From contig CM082589.2 in assembly GCA_040954595.2 (NCBI GenBank), forward strand, positions 10,304,894 through 10,368,893: a stretch of 64,000 nucleotides of DNA, in the 5' to 3' direction. How positions within the stretch are numbered: the stretch's first letter is position 1; every line of letters starts with the position of its first letter. This stretch comes from Balanoglossus misakiensis. Lineage: Eukaryota > Animalia > Hemichordata. The notes under the pieces are model-generated. The model had not been told where the DNA came from. It did not search any database and saw nothing but the letters and a program-made list of their open reading frames with translations. The position numbers and the translations under genes were made by a program. This document shows positions 1 to 15,000 of this stretch, piece after piece.

Positions 1-3000
1 GATTTTTGAGAAAAATCATGGGTGAAAATCATCAAAAAACGACAAATTTTCGTCTTTGCAAAATCTCAAAATTTCGTCGATTTTTGAAAAAAATCATGGG
101 TGAAAATCATCAAAAAATGACAATTTTTTGTCTTTGCAAAATCTCAAAATTTGGTCGATTTTTGAAAAACAAAATCTTGGGAAAAAATCATCAAAAAATG
201 ACAAATTTTCGACTTTGCAAAATCTCAAAATTTCGTCGATTTTGGAAAAAAAAACATGGGTGAAAATCATCAAAAAATGACAAATTTTCGAATTTGCAAA
301 ATCTCAAAATTTCGTCGATTTTTGAAAAAAATCATGGGTTCGTTCAATTTTGAAAAAAAACATGGGTGAAAATCATCAAAAAATTACAAATTTTCGACTT
401 TGCAAAATCTCAAAATTTTGTCGATTTTTGAAAAAAAATCATGGGTGAAAATCATTAATAAATGACAAATTTTCGACTTTGCAAAATCTCAAAATTTCGT
501 CGATTTTTGAAAAAAAATCATGGGTGAAAATCATCAAAAAATGACAAATTTTCGACTTTGCAAAATCTCAAAATTTTGTCGATTTTTGAAAAAAAATCAT
601 GGGTTCGTTGATTTTTGAAAAAAAACATGGGTGAAAATCATCAAAAAATTACAAATTTTCGAATTTGCAAAATCTCAAAATTTTGTCGATTTTTGAAAAA
701 AATCATGGGTGAAAATCATCAAAAAATGACACATTTTCGACTTTGCAAAATCTCAAAATTTCGTCGATTTTTGAAAAAAATCATGGGTGAAAATCATCAA
801 AAAATGACAAATTTTCGACTTTGCAAAATCTCAAAATTTCGTCGATTTTTGAAAAAAATCATGGGTTCGTTCAATTTTGAAAAAAAATATGGGTGAAAAT
901 CATCAAAAAATTACAAATTTTCGTCTTTGCGAAATCTCAAAATTTCGTCGATTTTTGAAAAAAAAAATCATGGGTAAAAATCATCAAAAAATTACAAATT
1001 TTCGACTTTGCAAAATCTCAAAATTTTGTCGATTTTTGAAAAAAATCATGGGTGAAAATCATCAAAAAATGACAAATTTTCGACTTTTCAAAATCTCAAA
1101 ATTTCGTCGATTTTTGAAAAAAAAAACATGGGTGAAAATCATCAAAAAATGACAAATTTTCGACTTTGCAAAATCTCAAAATTTCGTCGATTTTTGAAAA
1201 AAATCATGGGTTCGTTCAATTTTGAAAAAAAACATGGGTGAAAATCATCAAAAAATTACAAATTTTCGACTTTGCAAAATCTCAAAATTTTGTCGATTTT
1301 TGAAAAAAAATCATGGGTGAAAATCATTAATAAATGACAAATTTTCGACTTTGCAAAATCTCAAAATTTCGTCGATTTTTGAAAAAAAATCATGGGTTCG
1401 TTGATTTTTGAAAAAAAACATGGGTGAAAATCATCAAAAAATTACAAATTTTCGAATTTGCAAAATCTCAAAATTTTGTCGATTTTTGAAAAAAATCATG
1501 GGTGAAAATCATCAAAAAATGACACATTTTCGACTTTGCAAAATCTCAAAATTTCGTCGATTTTTGAAAAAAATCATGGGTGAAAATCATCAAAAAATGA
1601 CAAATTTTCGACTTTGCAAAATCTCAAAATTTCGTCGATTTTTGAAAAAAATCATGGGTTCGTTCAATTTTGAAAAAAAACATGGGTGAAAATCATCAAA
1701 AAATTACAAATTTTCGACTTTGCAAAATCTCAAAAATTTGTCGATTTTTGAAAAAAAATCATGGGTGAAAATCATTAATAAATGACAAATTTTCGACATT
1801 GCAAAATCTCAAAATTTCGTCGATTTTTGAAAAAAAAATCATGGGTGAAAATCATCAAAAAATTACAAATTTTCGACTTTGCAAAATCTCAAAATTTCGT
1901 CGATTTTTGAGAAAAATCATGGGTGAAAATCATCAAAAAATGACAAATTTTCGACTTTGCAAAATCTCAAAATTTTGTCGATTTTTGAAAAAAAATCATG
2001 GGTTCGTTGATTTTTGAAAAAAAATCATGGGTGAAAATCATCAAAAAATTACAAATTTTCGACTTTGCAAAATCTCAAAATTTCGTCGATTTTTGAGAAA
2101 AATCATGGGTGAAAATCATCAAAAAATGACAAATTTTCGACTTTGCAAAATCTCAAAATTTCGTAAATTTTTGAAAAAAAGTCATGGGTGAAAATCATCA
2201 AAAAATTACAAATTTTCGTCTTTGCAAAATCTCAAAATTTCGTCGATTTTTGAAAAAAAAAAATCATGGGTAAAAATCATCAAAAAATTACAAATTTTCG
2301 ACTTTGCAAAATCTCAAAATTTTGTCGATTTTTGAAAAAAATCATGGGTGAAAATCATCAAAAAATGACAAATTTTCGACTTTGCAAAATCTCAAAATTT
2401 CGTCGATTTTTGAAAAAAATCATGGGTTCGTTCAATTTTGAAAAAAAATATGGGTGAAAATCATCAAAAAATTACAAATTTTCGTCTTTGCAAAATCTCA
2501 AAATTTCGTCGATTTTTGAAAAAAAAAATCATGGGTAAAAATCATCAAAAAATTACAAATTTTCGACTTTGCAAAATCTCAAAATTTTGTCGATTTTTGA
2601 AAAAAATCATGGGTGAAAATCATCAAAAAATGACAAATTTTCGACTTTTCAAAATCTCAAAATTTCGTCGATTTTTGAAAAAAAAAACATGGGTGAAAAT
2701 CATCAAAAAATGACAAATTTTCGACTTTGCAAAATCTCAAAATTTCGTCGATTTTTGAAAAAAATCATGGGTTCGTTCAATTTTGAAAAAAAACATGGGT
2801 GAAAATCATCAAAAAATTACAAATTTTCGACTTTGCAAAATCTCAAAATTTTGTCGATTTTTGAAAAAAAATCATGGGTGAAAATCATTAATAAATGACA
2901 AATTTTCGACTTTGCAAAATCTCAAAATTTCGTCGATTTTTGAAAAAAAATCATGGGTTCGTTGATTTTTGAAAAAAAACATGGGTGAAAATCATCAAAA

Positions 3001-6000
3001 AATTACAAATTTTCGAATTTGCAAAATCTCAAAATTTTGTCGATTTTTGAAAAAAATCATGGGTGAAAATCATCAAAAAATGACACATTTTCGACTTTGC
3101 AAAATCTCAAAATTTCGTCGATTTTTGAAAAAAATCATGGGTGAAAATCATCAAAAAATGACAAATTTTCGACTTGCAAAATCTCAAAATTTCGTCGATT
3201 TTTGAAAAAAATCATGGGTTCGTTCAATTTTGAAAAAAAACATGGGTGAAAATCATCAAAAAATTACAAATTTTCGACTTTGCAAAATCTCAAAAATTTG
3301 TCGATTTTTGAAAAAAAATCATGGGTGAAAATCATTAATAAATGACAAATTTTCGACATTGCAAAATCTCAAAATTTCGTCGATTTTTGAAAAAAAAATC
3401 ATGGGTGAAAATCATCAAAAAATTACAAATTTTCGACTTTGCAAAATCTCAAAATTTCGTCGATTTTTGAGAAAAATCATGGGTGAAAATCATCAAAAAA
3501 TGACAAATTTTCGACTTTGCAAAATCTCAAAATTTTGTCGATTTTTGAAAAAAAATCATGGGTTCGTTGATTTTTGAAAAAAAATCATGGGTGAAAATCA
3601 TCAAAAAATTACAAATTTTCGACTTTGCAAAATCTCAAAATTTCGTCGATTTTTGAGAAAAATCATGGGTGAAAATCATCAAAAAATGACAAATTTTCGA
3701 CTTTGCAAAATCTCAAAATTTCGTAAATTTTTGAAAAAAAGTCATGGGTGAAAATCATCAAAAAATTACAAATTTTCGTCTTTGCAAAATCTCAAAATTT
3801 CGTCGATTTTTGAAAAAAAAAAATCATGGGTAAAAATCATCAAAAAATTACAAATTTTCGACTTTGCAAAATCTAAAAATTTTGTCGATTTTTGAAAAAA
3901 ATCATGGGTGAAAATCATCAAAAAATGACAAATTTTCGACTTTGCAAAATCTCAAAATTTCGTCGATTTTTGAAAAAAAAAACATGGGTGAAAATCATCA
4001 AAAAATGACAAATTTTCGACTTTGCAAAATCTCAAAATTTCGTCGATTTTTGAAAAAAATCATGGGTTCGTTCAATTTTGAAAAAAAACATGGGTGAAAA
4101 TCATCAAAAAATTACAAATTTTCGACTTTGCAAAATCTCAAAATTTTGTCGATTTTTGAAAAAAAATCATGGGTGAAAATCATTAATAAATGACAAATTT
4201 TCGACTTTGCAAAATCTCAAAATTTCGTCGATTTTTGAAAAAAAATCATGGGTGAAAATCATCAAAAAATTACAAATTTTCGACTTTGCAAAATCTCAAA
4301 ATTTCGTCGATTTTTGAGAAAAATCATGGGTGAAAATCATCAAAAAATGACAAATTTTCGACTTTGCAAAATCTCAAAATTTTGTCGATTTTTGAAAAAA
4401 AATCATGGGTTCGTTGATTTTTGAAAAAAAACATGGGTGAAAATCATCAAAAAATTACAAATTTTCGAATTTGCAAAATCTCAAAATTTTGTCGATTTTT
4501 GAAAAAAATCATGGGTGAAAATCATCAAAAAATGACACATTTTCGACTTTGCAAAATCTCAAAATTTCGTCGATTTTTGAAAAAAATCATGGGTGAAAAT
4601 CATCAAAAAATGACAAATTTTCGACTTTGCAAAATCTCAAAATTTCGTCGATTTTTGAAAAAAATCATGGGTTCGTTCAATTTTGAAAAAAAACATGGGT
4701 GAAAATCATCAAAAAATTACAAATTTTCGACTTTGCAAAATCTCAAAAATTTGTCGATTTTTGAAAAAAAATCATGGGTGAAAATCATTAATAAATGACA
4801 AATTTTCGACATTGCAAAATCTCAAAATTTCGTCGATTTTTGAAAAAAAAAAAATCATGGGTAAAAATCATCAAAAAATTACAAATTTTCGACTTTGCAA
4901 AATCTAAAAATTTTGTCGATTTTTGAAAAAAACAATCATGGTGAAAATCATCAAAAAATGACAAATTTTCGACTTTGCAAAATCTCAAAATGTTGTCAAT
5001 TTTTTAAAAAATTCATGAGTTCGTTGATTTTTTAAAAAAAACATTGGTGTCAATTTTTGAAAAAAATCATGGGTTCGTTGATTTTTAAAAAAAAACATTG
5101 GTGAAAATCATCAAAAAATTACAAATTTTCGACTTTGCAAAATCTCAAAATTTCGTACATTTTTGAAAAAAAATCATGGGTGAAAATCATCAAAAAATGA
5201 CAAATTTTCGACTTTGCAAAATCTCAAAATTTCGTCGATTTTTGAAAAAAATCACGGGTGAAAATCATCAAAAAATGACAAATTTTCGTCTTTGCTAAAT
5301 CTCAAAATTTCGTCGATTTTTGAAAAAAATCATGGGTGAAAATCATCAAAAAATGACAAATTTTCGACTTTGCAAAATCTCAAAATTTCGTACATTTTTA
5401 AAAAAAAATCATGGGTGAAATTCATCAAAAAATGACAAATTTTCGTCTTTGCAAAATCTCAAAATTTCGCCGATTTTTGAAAAAAACAATCATGGTGAAA
5501 ATCATCAAAAAATGACAAATTTTCGACTTTGCAAAATCTCAAAATGTTGTCAATTTTTTAAAAAAATCATGAGTTCGTTGATTTTTAAAAAAAAACATTG
5601 GTGTCAATTTTTGAAAAAAATCATGGGTTCGTTGATTTTTAAAAAAAAACATTGGTGAAAATCATCAAAAAATTACAAATTTTCGACTTTGCAAAATCTA
5701 AAAATTTCGTACATTTTTGAAAAAAAATCATGGGTGAAAATCATCAAAAAATGACAAATTTTCGTCTTTGCAAAATCTCAAAATTTCGTCGTTTTTTAAA
5801 AAAAAATCATGGTGAAAATCATCAAAAAATGACAAATTGTCGACTTTGCAAAATCTAAAAATTTTGTCGATTTTTGAAAAAAATCATGGGTGAAAATAAT
5901 CAAAAAATGACAAATTTTCGACTTTGCAAAATCTCAAAATTTCGTCGATTTTTGAAAAAAATCATGGGTGAAAATCATCAAAAAATGACAAATTTTCGAC

Positions 6001-9000
6001 TTTGCAAAATCTCAAAATTTCGTCGATTTTTGAAAAAAATCATGGGTTCGTTCAATTTTGAAAAAAAACGGGTGAAAATCATCAAAAAATTACAAATTTT
6101 CGACTTTGCAAAATCTCAAAATTTTGTCGATTTTTGAAAAAAAATCATGGGTGAAAATCATTAATAAATGACAAATTTTCGACTTTGCAAAATCTCAAAA
6201 TTTCGTCGATTTTTGAAAAAAAATCATGGGCGAAAATCATCAAAAAATGACAAATTTTCGACTTTGCAAAATCTCAAAATTTCGTCGATTTTTGAGAAAA
6301 ATCATGGGTGAAAATCATCAAAAAATGACAAATTTTCGACTTTGCAAAATCTCAAAATTGTGTCGATTTTTGAAAAAAAATCATGGGTTCGTTGATTTTT
6401 GAAAAAAAACATGGGTGAAAATCATCAAAAAAGTACAAATTTTCGAATTTGCAAAATCTCAAAATTTCGTCGATTTTTGAAAAAAAAACATGGGTGAAAA
6501 TCATCAAAAAATGACAAATTTTCGACTTTGCAAAATCTCAAAATTTCGTAATTTTTTGAAAAAAAGTCATGGGTGAAAATCATCAAAAAATTACAAATTT
6601 TCGTCTTTGCAAAATCTCAAAATTTCGTCGAGTTTTGAAAAAAATCATGGGTGAAAATCATCAAAAAATGACAAATTTTCGACTTTGCAAAATCTCAAAA
6701 TTTTGTCGATTTTTGAAAAAAAATCATGGGTTCGTTGATTTTTTAAAAAAAACATGGGTGAAAATCATCAAAAAATTACAAATTTTCGACTTTGCAAAAT
6801 CTAAAAATTTCGTACATTTTTGAAAAAAAATCATGGGTGAAAATCATCAAAAAATGACAAATTTTCGTCTTTGCAAAATCTCAAAATTTCGTCGTTTTTT
6901 AAAAAAAAATCATGGTGAAAATCATCAAAAAATGACAAATTGTCGACTTTGCAAAATCTAAAAATTTTGTCGATTTTTGAAAAAAATCATGGGTGAAAAT
7001 CATCAAAAAATGACAAATTTTCGACTTTGCAAAATCTCAAAATTTCGTCGATTTTTGAAAAAAATCATGGGTTCGTTCAATTTTGAAAAAAAACGGGTGA
7101 AAATCATCAAAAAATTACAAATTTTCGACTTTGCAAAATCTCAAAATTTCGTCGATTTTTGAAAAAAATCATGGGCGAAAATCATCAAAAAATGACAAAT
7201 TTTCGACTTTGCAAAATCTCAAAATTTCGTCGATTTTTGAGAAAAATCATGGGTGAAAATCATCAAAAAATGACAAATTTTCGACTTTGCAAAATCTCAA
7301 AATTTTGTCGATTTTTGAAAAAAAATCATGGGTTCGTTGATTTTTGAAAAAAAACATGGGTGAAAATCATCAAAAAAGTACAAATTTTCGAATTTGCAAA
7401 ATCTCAAAATTTCGTCGATTTTTGAAAAAAAAACATGGGTGAAAATCATCAAAAAATGACAAATTTTCGACTTTGCAAAATCTCAAAATTTCGTAATTTT
7501 TTGAAAAAAAGTCATGGGTGAAAATCATCAAAAAATTACAAATTTTCGTCTTTGCAAAATCTCAAAATTTCGTCGAGTTTTGAAAAAAATCATGGGTGAA
7601 AATCATCAAAAAATGACAAATTTTCGACTTTGCAAAATCTCAAAATTTTGTCGATTTTTGAAAAAAAATCATGGGTTCGTTGATTTTTTAAAAAAAACAT
7701 GGGTGAAAATCATCAAAAAATTACAAATTTTCGAATTTGCAAAATCTCAAAATTTTGTCGATTTTTGAAAAAAATCATGGGTGAAAATCATCAAAAAATT
7801 ACAAATTTTCGACTTTGCAAAATCTAAAAATTTTGTCGATTTTTGAAAAAAATCATGGGTGAAAATCATCAAAAAATGACAAATTTTCGACTTTGCAAAA
7901 TCTCAAAATTTTGTCGATTTTTGAAAAAAAATCATGGGTTCGTTGATTTTTGAAAAAAAACATGGGTGAAAATCATCAAAAAATTACAAATTTTCGAATT
8001 TGCAAAATCTCAAAATTTTGTCGATTTTTGAAAAAAATCATGGGTGAAAATAATCAAAAAATTACAAATTTTCGACTTTGCAAAATCTAAAAATTTTGTC
8101 GATTTTTGAAAAAAATCATGGGTGAAAATCATTAATAAATGACAAATTTTCGACTTTGCAAAATCTCAAAATTTCGTCGATTTTTGAAAAAAAATCATGG
8201 GCGAAAATCATCAAAAAATGACAAATTTTCGACTTTGCAAAATCTCAAAATTTCGTCGATTTTTGAGAAAAATCATGGGTGAAAATCATCAAAAAATGAC
8301 AAATTTTCGACTTTGCAAAATCTCAAAATTGTGTCGATTTTTGAAAAAAAATCATGGGTTCGTTGATTTTTGAAAAAAAACATGGGTGAAAATCATCAAA
8401 AAAGTACAAATTTTCGAATTTGCAAAATCTCAAAATTTCGTCGATTTTTGAAAAAAAAACATGGGTGAAAATCATCAAAAAATGACAAATTTTCGACTTT
8501 GCAAAATCTCAAAATTTCGTAATTTTTTGAAAAAAAGTCATGGGTGAAAATCATCAAAAAATTACAAATTTTCGTCTTTGCAAAATCTCAAAATTTCGTC
8601 GAGTTTTGAAAAAAATCATGGGTGAAAATCATCAAAAAATGACAAATTTTCGACTTTGCAAAATCTCAAAATTTTGTCGATTTTTGAAAAAAAATCATGG
8701 GTTCGTTGATTTTTTAAAAAAAACATGGGTGAAAATCATCAAAAAATTACAAATTTTCGACTTTGCAAAATCTAAAAATTTCGTACATTTTTGAAAAAAA
8801 ATCATGGGTGAAAATCATCAAAAAATGACAAATTTTCGTCTTTGCAAAATCTCAAAATTTCGTCGTTTTTTAAAAAAAAATCATGGTGAAAATCATCAAA
8901 AAATGACAAATTGTCGACTTTGCAAAATCTAAAAATTTTGTCGATTTTTGAAAAAAATCATGGGTGAAAATCATCAAAAAATGACAAATTTTCGACTTTG

Positions 9001-12000
9001 CAAAATCTCAAAATTTCGTCGATTTTTGAAAAAAATCATGGGTTCGTTCAATTTTGAAAAAAAACGGGTGAAAATCATCAAAAAATTACAAATTTTCGAC
9101 TTTGCAAAATCTCAAAATTTCGTCGATTTTTGAAAAAAAATCATGGGCGAAAATCATCAAAAAATGACAAATTTTCGACTTTGCAAAATCTCAAAATTTC
9201 GTCGATTTTTGAGAAAAATCATGGGTGAAAATCATCAAAAAATGACAAATTTTCGACTTTGCAAAATCTCAAAATTTTGTCGATTTTTGAAAAAAAATCA
9301 TGGGTTCGTTGATTTTTGAAAAAAAACATGGGTGAAAATCATCAAAAAAGTACAAATTTTCGAATTTGCAAAATCTCAAAATTTCGTCGATTTTTGAAAA
9401 AAAAACATGGGTGAAAATCATCAAAAAATGACAAATTTTCGACTTTGCAAAATCTCAAAATTTCGTAATTTTTTGAAAAAAAGTCATGGGTGAAAATCAT
9501 CAAAAAATTACAAATTTTCGTCTTTGCAAAATCTCAAAATTTCGTCGAGTTTTGAAAAAAATCATGGGTGAAAATCATCAAAAAATGACAAATTTTCGAC
9601 TTTGCAAAATCTCAAAATTTTGTCGATTTTTGAAAAAAAATCATGGGTTCGTTGATTTTTTAAAAAAAACATGGGTGAAAATCATCAAAAAATTACAAAT
9701 TTTCGAATTTGCAAAATCTCAAAATTTTGTCGATTTTTGAAAAAAATCATGGGTGAAAATCATCAAAAAATTACAAATTTTCGACTTTGCAAAATCTAAA
9801 AATTTTGTCGATTTTTGAAAAAAATCATGGGTGAAAATCATCAAAAAATGACAAATTTTCGACTTTGCAAAATCTCAAAATTTTGTCGATTTTTGAAAAA
9901 AAATCATGGGTTCGTTGATTTTTGAAAAAAAACATGGGTGAAAATCATCAAAAAATTACAAATTTTCGAATTTGCAAAATCTCAAAATTTTGTCGATTTT
10001 TGAAAAAAATCATGGGTGAAAATAATCAAAAAATTACAAATTTTCGACTTTGCAAAATCTAAAAATTTTGTCGATTTTTGAAAAAAATCATGGGTGAAAA
10101 TCATCAAAAAATGACAAATTTTCGACTATGCAAAATCTCAAAATTTAGTCGATTTTTGAAAAAAATCATGGGTTCGTTCAATTTTGAAAAAAAACATGGG
10201 TGAAAATCATCAAAAAATTACAAATTTTCGACTTTGCAAAATCTCAAAATTTTGTCGATTTTTGAAAAAAAATCATGGGTGAAAATCATTAATAAATGAC
10301 AAATTTTCGACTTTGCAAAATCTCAAAATTTCGTCGATTTTTGAAAAAAAATCATGGGTGAAAATCATCAAAAAATTACAAATTTTCGACTTTGCAAAAT
10401 CTCAAAATTTCGTCGATTTTTGAGAAAAATCATGGGTGAAAATCATCAAAAAATGACAAATTTTCGACTTTGCAAAATCTTAAATTTCGTCGATTTTTGA
10501 AAAAAATCATGGGTTCGTTGATTTTTGAAAAAAAACATGGGTGAAAATCATCAAAAAATTACAAATTTTCGAATTTGCAAAATCTCAAAATTTCTTAAAT
10601 TTTTGAAAAAAAGTCATGGGTGAAAATCATCAAAAAATTACAAATTTTCGTCTTTGCAAAATCTCAAAATTTCGTCGATTTTTGAAAAAAAAAATCATGG
10701 GTAAAAATCATCAAAAAATTACAAATTTTCGACTTTGCAAAATCTAAAAATTTTGTCGATTTTTGAAAAAAATCATGGGTGAAAATCATCAAAAAATGAC
10801 AAATTTTCGACTTTGCAAAATCTCAAAATTTCGTAGATTTTTGAAAAAAAAAAATCATGGGTAAAAATCATCAAAAAATTACAAATTTTCGACTTTGCAA
10901 AATCTAAAAATTTTGTCGATTTTTGAAAACAATCATGGGTGAAAATCATCAAAAAATGACAAATTTTCGACTTTGCAAAATCTCAAAATTTTGTCGATTT
11001 TTGAAAAAAAATCATGGGTGAAAATCATTAATAAATGACAAATTTTCGACTTTGCAAAATCTCAAAATTTCGTCGATTTTTGAAAAAAAATCATGGGTGA
11101 AAATCATCAAAAAATTACAAATTTTCGACTTTGCAAAATCTCAAAATTTCGTCGATTTTTGAGAAAAATCATGGGTGAAAATCATCAAAAAATGACAAAT
11201 TTTCGACTTTGCAAAATCTCAAAATTTTGTCGATTTTTGAAAAAAATCATGGGTTCGTTCAATTTTGAAAAAAAACATGGGTGAAAATCATCAAAAAATT
11301 ACAAATTTTCGACTTTGCAAAATCTCAAAATTTCGTCGATTTTTGAAAAAAAATCATGGGTGAAAATCATCAAAAAATTACAAATTTTCGACTTTGCAAA
11401 ATCTCAAAATTTTGTCGATTTTTGAAAAAAAATCATGGGTTCGTTGATTTTTGAAAAAAAACATGGGTGAAAATCATCAAAAAATTACAAATTTTCGAAT
11501 TTGCAAAATCACAAAATTTCGTCGATTTTTGAAAAAAAAACATGGGTGAAAATCATCAAAAAATTACAAATTTTCGACTTTGCAAAATCTCAAAATTTCG
11601 TAAATTTTTGAAAAAAAGTCATGGGTGAAAATCATCAAAAAATTACAAATTTTCGTCTTTGCAAAATCACAAAATTTCGTCGATTTTTGAAAAAAAAAAT
11701 CATGGGTAAAAATCATCAAAAAATTACAAATTTTCGACTTTGCAAAATCTAAAAATTTTGTCGATTTTTGAAAAAAATCATGGGTGAAAATCATCAAAAA
11801 ATGACAAATTTTCGTCTTTGCAAAATCTCAAAATTTCGTCCATTTTTGAATAAAAATCATGGGTGAAAATCATCAAAAAATGACACATTTTCGACTTTGC
11901 AAAATCTAAAAATTTCGTCGATTTTTGAAAAAAATCATGGTTGAAAATCATCAAAAAATGACAAAATTTTCGACTTTGTAAAATCACAAAATTTCGTCGA

Positions 12001-15000
12001 TTTTGAAAAAAATCGTAGGTTCGTCGATTTCTAAAAAAAAACATGGGTGAAAATCATCAAAAAATGACAAATTTTCGACTTTGCAAAATCTCAAAATTTC
12101 GTCCATTTTTGAAAAAAAATCATGGGTAAAAATCATCAAAAAATGACAAATTTTCGTCTTTGCAAAATCTCAAAATTTCTTCCATTTAAAAAAAAAAGCA
12201 TGGGGGAAAATCATCAAAAAATGACAAATTTTCGTCTTTTCAAAATCTCAAAATTTCGTCCATTTAAAAAAAAAAACATGGGTGAAAATCATCAAAAAAT
12301 GACAAATTTTTGACTTTTCAAAATCTCACAATTTCGTCGATTTTTGAAAAAAATCATGGGTGAAAATCATCAAAAAATGACAAATTATCGACTTTGCAAA
12401 ATCTCAAAATTTCGTCGATTTTGAAAAAAACCATTGGGGGAAAATCATCAAAAAATGACAAATTATCGACTTTGCAAAATCTCAAAATTTCGTCCATTTT
12501 AAAAAAAAAACATGGGGGAAAATCATCAAAAAATGACAAATTTTCGACTTTGCAAAATCTCAAAATTTCGTCGATTTTAAAAAAAAAAATTGGGGGAAAA
12601 TCATCAAAAAATGACAAATTATCGACTTTGCACAATCTCACAATTTCGTCGATTTTTGAAAAAAATCATGGGTGAAAATCATCAAAAAATTACAAATTTT
12701 CGACTTTGCAAAATCTCAACATTTCGTCGATTTTTGAAAAAAATCATGGGTGAAAATCATCAAAAATGACAAATTTTCGACTTTGCAAAATCTCACAATT
12801 TCGTCGATTTTTGAAAAAAATCATGGGTGAAAATCATCAAAAAATTACAAATTTTCGACTTTGCAAAATCTCAACATTTCGTCGATTTTTGAAAAAAATC
12901 ATGGGTGAAAATCATCAAAAAATTACAAATTTTCGACTTTGCAAAATCTCAAAATTTCGTCGATTTTTGAAAAAAAATCATGGGTGAAAATCATCAAAAA
13001 ATTACAAATTTTCGACTTTGCAAAATCTCAAAATTTTGTCGATTTTTGAAAAAAAATCATGGGTTCGTTGATTTTTGAAAAAAAACATGGGTGAAAATCA
13101 TCAAAAAATTACAAATTTTCGAATTTGCAAAATCACAAAATTTCGTCGATTTTTGAAAAAAAAAAACATGGGTGAAAATCATCAAAAAATTACAAATTTT
13201 CGACTTTGCAAAATCTCAAAATTTCGTAAATTTTTGAAAAAAAGTCATGGGTGAAAATCATCAAAAAATTACAAATTTTCGTCTTTGCAAAATCTCAAAA
13301 TTTCGTCGATTTTTGAAAAAAAAAATCATGGGTAAAAATCATCAAAAAATTACAAATTTTCGACTTTGCAAAATCTAAAAATTTTGTCGATTTTTGAAAA
13401 AAATCATGGGTGAAAATCATCAAAAAATGACAAATTTTCGTCTTTGCAAAATCTCAAAATTTCGTCCATTTTTGAATAAAAATCATGGGTGAAAATCATC
13501 AAAAAATGACACATTTTCGACTTTGCAAAATCTAAAAATTTCGTCGATTTTTGAAAAAAATCATGGTTGAAAATCATCAAAAAATGACAACATTTTCGAC
13601 TTTGTAAAATCACAAAATTTCGTCGATTTTGAAAAAAATCATAGGTTCGTCGATTTCTAAAAAAAAACATGGGTGAAAATCATCAAAAAATGACAAATTT
13701 TCGACTTTGCAAAATCTCAAAATTTCGTCGATTTTTGAAAAAAATCATGGGTGAAAATCATCAAAAAATGACAAATTTTCGACTTCGCAAAATCTCAAAA
13801 TTTCGTCAATTTTTGAAAAAATCAGGGGTAAAAATCATCAAAAAATGACAAATTTTCGTCTTTGCTAAATCTCAATATTACGTCGGTTTTTGAAAAATAA
13901 TATGGGTGAAAATCATCAAAAAATGACAAATTTTCGACTTTGCAAAATCTCACAATTTCGTCGATTTTTGAAAAAAATCATGGGTGAAAATCATCAAAAA
14001 ATGACAAATTATCGACTTTGCAAAATCTCAAAATTTCGTCGATTTTGAAAAAAACCATTGGGGGAAAATCATCAAAAAATGACAAATTATCGACTTTGCA
14101 AAATCTCAAAATTTCGTCCATTTTAAAAAAAAAACATGGGGGAAAATCATCAAAAAATGACAAATTTTCGACTTTGCAAAATCTCAAAATTTCGTCGATT
14201 TTGAAAAAAAACATTGGGGGAAAATCATCAAAAAATGACAAATTATCGACTTTGCACAATCTCACAATTTCGTCGATTTTTGAAAAAAATCATGGGTGAA
14301 AATCATCAAAAAATTACAAATGTTCGACTTTGCAAAATCTCAACATTTCGTCGATTTTTGAAAAAAATCATGGGTGAAAATCATCAAAAAATGACAAATT
14401 TTCGACTTTGCAAAATCTCACAATTTCGTCGATTTTTGAAAAAAATCATGGGTGAAAATCATCAAAAAATTACAAATTTTCGACTTTGCAAAATCTCAAC
14501 ATTTCGTCGATTTTTGAAAAAAATCATGGGTAAAAATCATCAAAAAATTACAAATTTTCGACTTTGCAAAATCTAAAAATTTTGTCGATTTTTGAAAAAA
14601 ATCATGGGTGAAAATCATCAAAAAATGACAAATTTTCGTCTTTGCAAAATCTCAAAATTTCGTCCATTTTTGAATAAAAATCATGGGTGAAAATCATCAA
14701 AAAATGACACATTTTCGACTTTGCAAAATCTAAAAATTTCGTCATTTTTAAAAAAAAAATCATGGTGAAAATCATCAAAAAATGACAAATTGTCGACTTT
14801 GCAAAATCTAAAAATTTTGTCGATTTTTGAAAAAAATCATGGGTGAAAATAATCAAAAAATGACAAATTTTCGACTTTGCAAAATCTCAAAATTTCGTCG
14901 ATTTTTGAAAAAAATCATGGGTGAAAATCATCAAAAAATGACAAATTTTCGACTTTGCAAAATCTCAAAATTTTGTCGATTTTTGAAAAAAAATCATGGG

